The position numbers were made by a program, and so were the translations under genes. A stretch of 32,000 nucleotides of DNA from Nostoc sp. PCC 7120 = FACHB-418 (lineage in GTDB: Bacteria > Cyanobacteriota > Cyanobacteriia > Cyanobacteriales > Nostocaceae), in the NCBI RefSeq assembly GCF_000009705.1, contig NC_003272.1:5670001-5702000 (forward strand), read 5' to 3'. The notes below the pieces were generated by a model that was not told where the DNA came from, made no database searches, and saw only the letters and a list, made by a program, of their open reading frames with translations. Below, in pieces: positions 7,539 through 15,099 of the stretch; the stretch's first letter is position 1; each line of letters opens with the position of its first letter.

Positions 7539-8169
7539 TATTTCCTCCAGTCACGCTGTAATTCTTCCGCCACTCGATGGTAGTCTGATTCCGCTTCTCT
7601 AGCATTTTTGCCTCGCCATTGGTCAATAGCTACACCGTCCAAGGCTGCTCTCTCATGGGCTTTATATATCCGAATAAAAGCCTTACAAACGGGAATTCCT
7701 AATCTTTGGAGAGTATTTTGTGCTTCTATTGCTTCATTTATACTCCGGGTGTCCACTTTTGTAAGTAGCACCCGATGGGGAACCCCGGCCGGAACTACAG
7801 CCGCTTTGACTGTCTCAATTAACACAGCCAAATCCATTGCTGATGGAGGTGTAGGTAAAACTAGATAGTCTGCGATCGCTACTACTGTAGCTAATGCTTC
7901 CGAGTGTAGCGCAGGTGGCGTATCTACTACTACTAAATCGTAACCTTTTATTGTTTGCAACTGCCCTAAGAGTTGAGGATTGGTTTCTTGGGATAAATCA
8001 AACCCCATGCCATTTTCATTTCGGCCAAACCACCAACTGGCAGAACCTTGTATGTCTGTATCAATAAGGATAACTTTTTTTTCTTCGCAAACTGAGCGGC
8101 TAAATTGATGGCGGTAGTCGTTTTACCGACTCCCCCTTTACCGTTGAGAATAGTGATGATTTTTGGCAC
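7538..8169 (-). pseudogene. ParA/MinD-family deviant Walker-A ATPase (McdA-like), interrupted by a frameshift in an A8 homopolymer
   Basis: ORF 7966..8169 encodes (M)[31 protein letters not shown] and then goes out of frame. ORF 7538..8008 encodes the rest of a ParA (DLVVVDTPP..., LLTKVD...). Adding one A to the A8 run (T8 on the plus strand at 8075..8082) gives [31 protein letters not shown]..., which joins the two ORFs into one ~210-aa ParA. Confidence 0.85.
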
Positions 8170-8381
8170 TGCTTACTTCCGACCCTGCCATAATTGAATA
8201 TACAGCTTTGTGTGACCTGACAAATTCAAAATTCCAAATTAATAAATCCAGATTTTACAACTTTTCCCGGCGCTAATCTCCATATCCCTGTCCGTAAAAA
8301 TAAGGACAAAGCTGTTTTTTCGCCCACAGTCTCAAAAAAACTCGTAAGAATAGAAGTCAGTAGCCCTGGACTCCTATTTCT

Positions 8382-9743
8382 ATGACAGTCACTCAAAACC
8401 TACCCAACGGCCCCAGAATACCCCGGTTGTTACGGTTGTTTAAGTTTATTACTCAACCAATACAGTATGTGGAAGATTTTGCCAAAGTCTACGGTGACAA
8501 CTTCACTATCTGGGGGAGTGGAGAAAGTTATTTTGTCTACTTTAGCCATCCCCAAGCATTGGAACAGATTTTTACTAATGTTAGTTGTTTTGAGAGTAGT
8601 GGTGGAGGTAGTCCGCTTTTAGAACTTTTATTGGGTAAGAATTCTTTAATTTTACTAGAAGGCGATCGCCATCAGCGCCAACGTCAACTATTAACCCCAC
8701 CTTTCCACGGTGAAAGGATGCGGGCTTATGGTCAAACTATTCGTGAAATAACTCAACAAGTCACTCAAGCATGGCAAATGGGTAAGCCCTTCAATATCCG
8801 GGCTTCCATGCAGGAAATTACCATGCGTGTCATTTTGCGGGTAGTGTTTGGTGTTGATGAGGGGGAATTGTTTCAAGAACTGCGGCAATTGCTAACTACC
8901 CTGTTAGATTTCATGGGTTCTCCTCTAATGTCCAGCACCTTCTTTTTTAGTTTCACGCAAAAGGACTATGGTGCATGGAGTCCTTGGGGGCGAATGGTGC
9001 GCCTCATCAAAAAAATTGACCAACTGATTTACGCTTTGATTGCTCAACGTCGGGCTGAGTTTGGCGAAAATCGTCAAGATATCCTTAGTTTATTAATTTC
9101 GGCACGTTATGACGACGGACAGCCAATGTCAGACGTAGAGTTACGGGATGAATTAATGACAATGTTGGTTGCAGGACATGAAACCACTGCTTCAGCCTTG
9201 ACTTGGGCGTTTTATTGGATTGATAGCGTACCAGAAGTACGTGAAAAGTTATTTCAGGAATTAGATACACTGAATGACGATTCAGAACCCAGTATTATTG
9301 CCAAATTGCCTTATTTAACAGCAGTTTGCCAAGAAACCCTACGCTTTTATCCTATTGTGCTGAATGCTTTCTTCCGGCGAACAAAAAACCCTATGGAAAT
9401 TATGGGCTACAAACTGCCGAAAGCAACATTAGTTGTTCCTAGTATTTATTTAGCCCATCATCGAGAAGAAGTTTATCCGCAATCCAAGCAATTCCGACCA
9501 GAACGCTTTTTAGAAAAGCAATTCTCCCCTTACGAATACTTACCCTTTGGCGGCGGTAATCGGCGCTGCATCGGTCTAGCATTTGCCCAATATGAAATGA
9601 AAATTGTCTTAGCAACAATTTTGTCACAATTCCAAGTATCTAGACTCAGTAAGCGTCCGGTGCAGCCTGTGCGTCGGGGATTAACTTTGGCAGCACCAGG
9701 AGGAATGAAGATGGTGGCTAATAAAAGAATGCGTAATTCGTGA
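8382..9743 (+). CDS. Cytochrome P450
   Basis: 453-aa ORF with the I-helix motif AGHETT, the K-helix ETLR and the Cys-heme ligand loop FGGGNRRCIGLAFA. Confidence 0.9.
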   Translation: MTVTQNLPNGPRIPRLLRLFKFITQPIQYVEDFAKVYGDNFTIWGSGESYFVYFSHPQALEQIFTNVSCFESSGGGSPLLELLLGKNSLILLEGDRHQRQRQLLTPPFHGERMRAYGQTIREITQQVTQAWQMGKPFNIRASMQEITMRVILRVVFGVDEGELFQELRQLLTTLLDFMGSPLMSSTFFFSFTQKDYGAWSPWGRMVRLIKKIDQLIYALIAQRRAEFGENRQDILSLLISARYDDGQPMSDVELRDELMTMLVAGHETTASALTWAFYWIDSVPEVREKLFQELDTLNDDSEPSIIAKLPYLTAVCQETLRFYPIVLNAFFRRTKNPMEIMGYKLPKATLVVPSIYLAHHREEVYPQSKQFRPERFLEKQFSPYEYLPFGGGNRRCIGLAFAQYEMKIVLATILSQFQVSRLSKRPVQPVRRGLTLAAPGGMKMVANKRMRNS

Positions 9744-9877
9744 TTTTTAATTAACAAATCCTGATTGTATTTAGGCTTTGAATCTGTCATCTTCTTTGGA
9801 CAAATTCAATTTCTAAATATTTACGGTCACCGCAATCAAAGCGACGCAATCCCACCCCTAACGATATTCTCATTTCA

Positions 9878-10100
9878 ACCCCAAAGGCTCAACTTTCGAC
9901 CTCAGAACCTCAACGTTCACCCTCAAAGGTTAAACTTTCAGCCTCGAAACCTCAACATTCACCCTCAAAGGTTAAACTTTCAGCCTCGAAACCTCAACAT
10001 TCACCCTCAAAGGTTAAACTTTCAGCCTTAGAACCTCAACGTTTATGTTCAAAGGCTCAACTTTTGACCTCAAAGGCTCAACCTTCAGCTTCTAGAGCTA
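9878..10100. repeat. Tandem array of a 42-bp unit built from two alternating 21-bp half-units
   Basis: The unit ccctcaaaggttaaactttcagcctcgaaacctcaacattca is identical at 9920..9961 and 9962..10003. A near-identical copy lies at 10004..10045. Degenerate copies lie at 9878..9919 and 10046..~10100. The half-units are CCTCAAAGGYTMAACTTTCRR and CCTCRRAACCTCAACRTTCAC. Confidence 0.85.
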
Positions 10101-10217
10101 AAGCTTCAAGTATAAAAGGCGATTTGAATTTTGAATGTTGTCTTGCGGTACTAGCCCAGATATTAGGGCGGACATCTTGTCCACCCATGTTGTGAAAGGT
10201 AGATTTGAAACTCCTGA

Positions 10218-10709
10218 TTAACGCGATCGCCCTGATGGATTAGCTCGCTGCTGCTGGTAAAATCCCGCAACCTTTTGGACATAGGTAGCAGTAAAACCAG
10301 TATTGCAACCCGTATATGCCCCAGTCATCCACCAACAAGCTACACCACGCACAGCCGCAGTTTCATTGTTTCCGGTAGCACGGAATTGATTGTTTAACTC
10401 ACGGCGGGTAATACAAGAAACTACCTGACGCGCTAACGCGGGGTTATTTTCAAATTGTGTGGGTGTAACTTCTTTTTTCAGACAAGTTCTTGACCAACCT
10501 CTAAGAGTTTCCGGCTTAACTTGCCAAGCACTATAATATCCATCGTTGGCTTTACTGGTTTGTGGTGCAGCTTGTCTCAATGCTTCCACTAGTGCAGCAA
10601 CTTGAACATCAACACCCTGTTGTTGCTGTGCTTGAGCAGACAATGGAGAAAATCCGCAGCCAATGACGACTCCACTCACAAGTAGCGATCGCAAAAGGTA
10701 ATCTCTCAT
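10218..10709 (-). CDS. Secreted or lipoprotein-type protein of unknown function
   Basis: 163-aa ORF. The N-terminal signal sequence is MRDYLLRSLLVSGVVIGCGFSPLSAQA, with a lipobox-like VIGC and an AQA cleavage-like site. The mature part has several Cys residues. It lies 82 bp downstream of, and on the same strand as, the L,D-transpeptidase gene. Confidence 0.55.
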   Translation of the reverse strand: MRDYLLRSLLVSGVVIGCGFSPLSAQAQQQQGVDVQVAALVEALRQAAPQTSKANDGYYSAWQVKPETLRGWSRTCLKKEVTPTQFENNPALARQVVSCITRRELNNQFRATGNNETAAVRGVACWWMTGAYTGCNTGFTATYVQKVAGFYQQQRANPSGRSR

Positions 10710-10791
10710 ATCTCAATCAACCTGACAACATCTACTAAATAGTAATAGATGAAGGCAAGCAACGGAGGCAGAACACCCGATTTACTACTCT

Positions 10792-11307
10792 TTATCGCCG
10801 GACTATTACTAGTGTCCCTGGCGTTGTCCAATTGTATAACTTACGTGCTAGCTTGACTGGTAAATTTACGCAACCGTGACTAACTGGAGTTCCAAAACGA
10901 TTATGCCAGTAAGCACCGTGAATAGCATAGCCTCGATGAAAATACATGGCGTAAGGAACATTGGGAATGTCATAGCCAGGGCCTCGCATCCGATTAGTGC
11001 GATATTTGGAATTAATCTTAAATTGACCTATGGGTGTAGGGGTGGAGCGCTTACCTGTGGAAATTCGGAAAGAATACACCAGTTTTTTACCTTCCCAGGC
11101 AAATAAGCGTTGCGCTGATAAATCAATTTCAATTCTCCGAGGCTGAGTAATGCTATTTTGCTCAACTACGGCGGTTCTATATATCCCAGAACTGGGGTCA
11201 GCTGTCGTGGGTAGTAACCCAGAAAGCAAAACCACCATAATAACTATCGTACCTGTCAACAAATTTCCTGAGCGACGTGTCCAAATATTAAGCATCCAGC
11301 TTTGCAT
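10792..11307 (-). CDS. L,D-transpeptidase (YkuD domain)
   Basis: 171-aa ORF with an N-terminal TM/signal segment and the YkuD catalytic signature HG..........SHGCVNL (IHGAYWHNRFGTPVSHGCVNLP). Confidence 0.85.
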   Translation of the reverse strand: MQSWMLNIWTRRSGNLLTGTIVIMVVLLSGLLPTTADPSSGIYRTAVVEQNSITQPRRIEIDLSAQRLFAWEGKKLVYSFRISTGKRSTPTPIGQFKINSKYRTNRMRGPGYDIPNVPYAMYFHRGYAIHGAYWHNRFGTPVSHGCVNLPVKLARKLYNWTTPGTLVIVRR

Positions 11308-11369
11308 ATCCCATCACCTTCTTGATTATGCAAACATCATCCATTCCTAGATTTTGAATTTCCCAATAT

Positions 11370-11400
11370 CCAAGATTCATCACAAAAATCTTGGTTTTTT
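11370..11400 (+). terminator. Rho-independent-terminator-like hairpin with no plus-strand gene upstream
   Basis: 8-bp stem CCAAGATT (11370..11377) / AATCTTGG (11387..11394), a 9-nt loop, then TTTTTT (11395..11400). On the minus strand the same hairpin would lie in the 5' leader of the L,D-transpeptidase gene. Confidence 0.4.
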
Positions 11401-12193
11401 GTAGCGGTTGTACTTCTAGGAGCTTTTGAATTAAAGTTTACCGAAAGTCTGGATTTACGCTAATTCCCTTGAGGCAGATTCTGAGGTTTTCCTCTTCTAT
11501 AATTTATTTCATGTTCAGCGATTCATATTCCGGAAATTCACAGTAGACATTTCTTATAAAATAAATGTAATTGTCTTGATTTGTAGACACTTTTAGAAAT
11601 TATTTTCCTCAAAAGCTGAGACTGATAGTTGTTTGAGAATAAACGATTTCCCAGATGATTGATCACGAAATAACTATACTCGCGCCTAACGCAACATTCG
11701 TGAGGCAATGCGTTACGGCTAAATTTTCTCGTCTCTCAGTCCCAAATCCTTTCACAGTCTTAACACAACGGCAATAAAGCGGGAAGAACATCTACACCGC
11801 TTTTTACCTGTCCTACTTAAAATTTACTTTATAAAGTATCTCTTAACTAAGAACCAGTAATTTAACGGTTGATAAAAAATAGAAACATCACCATTTGATG
11901 AAGATTTTATTTAGTTATAAAACCATTGGTGATGATACTAATTTTTTATATATCTCCTATATGAAGACAGGCAGGCTTTATACGGAAAATACAGTCACAT
12001 TTTCATCTATGAATAAACTTAAATCCGGTTTTCTAAAAATATGATGAAGCAAGAGAATAATCAATTACTAATATAGAAAATCCCTATTAAAATTCAAACT
12101 ATGACGGGTTGTAAAACTGTTTAATAGAACATCTGTTAACTGAACTCCTCAAATGGCAATACCAATTTCTTGAGATGTAAATTTTAGCCACAT

Positions 12194-12877
12194 ATGAAAC
12201 GAAAATTTTCTTGTATATCAGCGTCTGCCTTATTAGTTACTGGAATTCTTTCTGCTTCAATTGTTGCACCAGCGTATGCTAGAGGTGGTGGTCAAGGTCA
12301 AAGTCAAGCTAGTGGCGGTCAAACTTCTTCAGTAATATGTAGCATTGGTGATATTTCACTTGGAGGTGTTTCAGCTACAGCTTGTGACGGATCAAATACT
12401 GGTAACGACACGGGTGACAAAGGTACCTTGCTCTCTAAATTAAATGATGATGATCTCTTTAGCAGCTTTGTTGGTACTGGGGTGCAATGGAGTTTAGCGG
12501 GTAAATCTGATGGCACAAATCCCTTTGCGATTACAACAGATGATGGAGAGATTAGTTCAGGTGCATGGGGTTTGGGATCAACATTGTCAAGTAACACATT
12601 TGTAGTAAGTCTCAAAGCAGGTAATGGTTATAGCGCTTACCTATTCAAAGATTATGATTTCTCTCAAGGTTTAACGGGAATCTTCAATACTATTGGTGTC
12701 GCTTTGGATGGTGGTGGAAACGCAGGGAAAGCTTTATCTCACGCCTCATTATTCGTCTCTAATATAGGGAGAAATACTCCCCCTCCTCCTACTTCCGTAC
12801 CTGAACCTGGTACTTTGTTAGGTCTTGGTTTATTAGCAACTGGAATGATAAAAGTTCGCCGTCGTCGTTCAATCTAA
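12194..12877 (+). CDS. PEP-CTERM sorting-domain protein
   Basis: 227-aa ORF with an N-terminal signal peptide (..ASIVAPAYA) and a Gly/Ser/Thr-rich body. The C-terminus VPEPGTLLGLGLLATGMIKVRRRRSI has the PEP motif, a TM helix and a basic cluster. Confidence 0.85.
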   Translation: MKRKFSCISASALLVTGILSASIVAPAYARGGGQGQSQASGGQTSSVICSIGDISLGGVSATACDGSNTGNDTGDKGTLLSKLNDDDLFSSFVGTGVQWSLAGKSDGTNPFAITTDDGEISSGAWGLGSTLSSNTFVVSLKAGNGYSAYLFKDYDFSQGLTGIFNTIGVALDGGGNAGKALSHASLFVSNIGRNTPPPPTSVPEPGTLLGLGLLATGMIKVRRRRSI

Positions 12878-12948
12878 TTTCTTTTGTCTTTGATTAACTT
12901 CATTAATCGCACACAACATTTTTGTTAGATGTATTAGGTTGAAAACTT

Positions 12949-12990
12949 AAAATCGTTATAGGCTATAACCTGTAACGATTTTTGATTTTT
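12949..12990. terminator. Bidirectional terminator between convergent genes
   Basis: Perfect 10-bp stem AAAATCGTTA (12949..12958) / TAACGATTTT (12973..12982) with a 14-nt loop. A/T runs flank it on both sides (plus strand ..TTTTTGATTTTT). It sits between the stops at 12877 (+) and 12996 (-). Confidence 0.6.
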
Positions 12991-12995
12991 ACTCA

Positions 12996-13508
12996 CTACT
13001 TTTGAATGACAACTGGTGTTCCTAAAGATGCCCAATTGAATAGCCATTGAGCATGATTAGGGGCGAGGTTTACACAGCCATTACTTACGGGTGTACCGAA
13101 TTTTCTATGCCAGTATGCACCATGAATCCCGTAATTACCACTGTAAAACATAGCATAGGGAACGTTGGGAACATCATAGTTTCTACCACGCATCCGCGTA
13201 GACTTATGCTTTGATTGAATCTTGAAGGAACCTATGCGGGTGGGTGTCGATCTTTTACCAGAGGAAATGACGATCGCATATACAGGTTTTCCACCTTCCC
13301 AAGCGATTAATCTTTGATTAGCAAGATTAATCTGAATCCAGCGCTGCTCGGATTTTTGTAAAGTCTCGATAGTATTTTCAATTTTTTGTGAGGTGGAATT
13401 TGCTAATGTTTCACCAGAGCCAGTAGTCACCATACTTAAGGATAATGTTGCACTAGCCGCAAACATTTTTAAACCACGTTTCCAGTCGAGATAAATCAGT
13501 GATTTCAT
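12996..13508 (-). CDS. L,D-transpeptidase (YkuD domain), paralog of 10792..11307
   Basis: 170-aa ORF. Its catalytic region IHGAYWHRKFGTPVSNGCVNL and the preceding ~90 aa align residue-for-residue with the other copy (e.g. GKRSTPT.IG.FKI.SK....RMRG..YD.PNVPYAM). Confidence 0.85.
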   Translation of the reverse strand: MKSLIYLDWKRGLKMFAASATLSLSMVTTGSGETLANSTSQKIENTIETLQKSEQRWIQINLANQRLIAWEGGKPVYAIVISSGKRSTPTRIGSFKIQSKHKSTRMRGRNYDVPNVPYAMFYSGNYGIHGAYWHRKFGTPVSNGCVNLAPNHAQWLFNWASLGTPVVIQK

Positions 13509-13593
13509 AGTTGAAACACATCAATCATGGAGTTAAAGCAGATTTTGAGAAATCAACTATAACAGTGGTTTTTAAATAATTTCATCCTGAAAA

Positions 13594-14226
13594 TTACGCT
13601 AATTCTTGAATTAAGTCTTTAGCTAATTGGGCGATCGCTGGCCAATTTTCCTCTTTTACTAGTTGCTGTGGAAATAACTCCCCACCCAAACCAACAGCGA
13701 TCGCACCTGCTTGAATTAGTCCTTTGGCATTTTCCAGAGTTACCCCCCCAGTGGGAATTAAGGGAATATGACCTAACGGCCCTTGCAGACTTTTAATATA
13801 ATCAGCACCCCCTACAGCTTGCACGGGGAATATTTTGACACAACTTGCACCATAAGCCCAAGCACTCACAATTTCCGTGGGGGTGAGTGCGCCGGGAATG
13901 ATGGGTATGTTTTTAATGACAGATGCTTTGATCATGTCTGGGTCAACATGAGGCGTAAATAGAAATTCTGCCCCACAGGCGATCGCTTCTTCTAGTTGCT
14001 GCAAATTAAATAGTGTACCAGTACCAATAGTACATTCCGGTAACTGCTCACGTAATTGGGCGATTAATTCCCCTGGGCGATCGCTACTCCAGGTAATTTC
14101 AATTAGCTGCATTCCCCCAGAAGCTACAGCCAGAGCCATTTGCAACCCTAATTCGATCTGTGGCGCGCGGATGACTGCGATCGCTCGCTGTTTTTGCAAC
14201 TGTGATAACCAATCTTGAGTAGACAT
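13594..14226 (-). CDS. eda: KDPG / KHG aldolase (Eda family)
   Basis: 210-aa ORF with AIAVIRAP, IEITWSS, GTGT, FLFTPH, IPGALTPTEI and the Schiff-base lysine context VKIFPVQAVGG, all in the order expected for class I KDPG aldolases. Confidence 0.85.
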   Translation of the reverse strand: MSTQDWLSQLQKQRAIAVIRAPQIELGLQMALAVASGGMQLIEITWSSDRPGELIAQLREQLPECTIGTGTLFNLQQLEEAIACGAEFLFTPHVDPDMIKASVIKNIPIIPGALTPTEIVSAWAYGASCVKIFPVQAVGGADYIKSLQGPLGHIPLIPTGGVTLENAKGLIQAGAIAVGLGGELFPQQLVKEENWPAIAQLAKDLIQELA

Positions 14227-14513
14227 TGTAACGGCGGCAGAAGCGTTCGATTCTCAATTACCAGACTGACATAGATATAGCTTTCTAGCTTGAAAGTGGG
14301 GAGTGGGAGAACAAGACACTTTCATGGTTCTGCTTTGCCCGCGTCTTCCAACAGATAGATACTTATCATGCACCCTTGGTCAGATGGAAGACCAGTAGGA
14401 AGTATCTAAGCTGAGTTTAACAAGGCAGTAACAAATATCAGACGCGCAATACTAAGTTGAACAACGTGTATTGCTTCTTGCCAAAGGTGTGTCGGGAATA
14501 ACTTACTCAAATC

Positions 14514-15095
14514 ATGAGAAATAAATCCCTGGGTGTGAGAAAACGACTAACTCGCAATTGGTGGACAGTGGTTGCGCGGGGAGCGATCGCCATTATTTTT
14601 GGTTTAGTGGCTTTATGCTGGCCGATTCTGACCTTAAAGTCATTGGTGTACCTGTTTGGGAGTTTTTGGCTGATGGGGGGAATATTATTGGCGATCGCAG
14701 CATTTCAAGAGCAGTTGCAGGATAATCACAGTAAATTATTGTTACTAGAGGGAATCATCGGTATTGGAGTAGGAGCGATCGCTTTTATTTACCCTGGTAT
14801 CACTGCATTTGTATTACTTTATTTAATTGCTGCTTGGGCAATTTGTACAGGCATATTCGAGATTCTTACATCTGTGCAACTACGACAAGCGATAGAAAAT
14901 CAGTGGCTTCCCGCAGTAGCCGGAATTCTTTCTTTCATCTTCGGTATCATATTGATTACCTGGCCAGTAGCGGAAGCTTTGGCTATTCTGTGGTTAATTG
15001 CTGCCTATACCATCCTGTTTGGCACACTACTCTTAATTATGGGTTTTCGATTACGTAGTTGGGGACTGAAAAATTCACAATTAATGACAAACTAA
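14514..15095 (+). CDS. HdeD-family (DUF308-type) membrane protein
   Basis: 193-aa ORF with six predicted helices and an N-terminal WW..ARGAIAIIFGLVAL pattern typical of HdeD-like proteins. It ends 4 nt before the GH31 gene. Confidence 0.65.
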   Translation: MRNKSLGVRKRLTRNWWTVVARGAIAIIFGLVALCWPILTLKSLVYLFGSFWLMGGILLAIAAFQEQLQDNHSKLLLLEGIIGIGVGAIAFIYPGITAFVLLYLIAAWAICTGIFEILTSVQLRQAIENQWLPAVAGILSFIFGIILITWPVAEALAILWLIAAYTILFGTLLLIMGFRLRSWGLKNSQLMTN

Positions 15096-15099
15096 CCTT

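Noticed and set aside
7538-8169. Treating ORFs 7966..8169 and 7538..8008 as two separate genes.
   Set aside because: The 67-aa ORF is a ParA N-terminus that loses similarity right after the A8 run. The 156-aa ORF is a ParA C-terminal part, and its frame extends upstream with ParA-like sequence to the same run. They are one gene with a frameshift.
9765-10031. 88-aa ORF encoding a 7-aa-periodic peptide (PQRLNFQ PRNLNIH ...).
   Set aside because: The frame stays open only because the underlying DNA is a 42-bp tandem repeat, a multiple of 3. It starts at a non-ATG codon with no Shine-Dalgarno, and the peptide has no recognisable fold. I treat it as a translation artefact of the repeat unless ribosome profiling shows otherwise.
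9878-10100. Possible CRISPR array.
   Set aside because: The repeat units abut directly, with no unique spacers between them. The units degenerate at the edges like ordinary tandem repeats. No cas genes are in the window.
11150-11350. 66-aa plus-strand ORF overlapping the 5' end of the L,D-transpeptidase gene, upstream of the terminator-like hairpin at 11370..11400.
   Set aside because: It is antisense to a well-supported CDS and has no motif or start context. The hairpin is better explained as part of an antisense or leader RNA than as the terminator of this ORF.
14235-14260. tRNA-like T-loop sequence (GCGTTCGATTCTC) in the eda/hdeD intergenic region.
   Set aside because: I could not find flanking sequence that forms an acceptor stem, D-arm or anticodon arm, so it is a chance resemblance.
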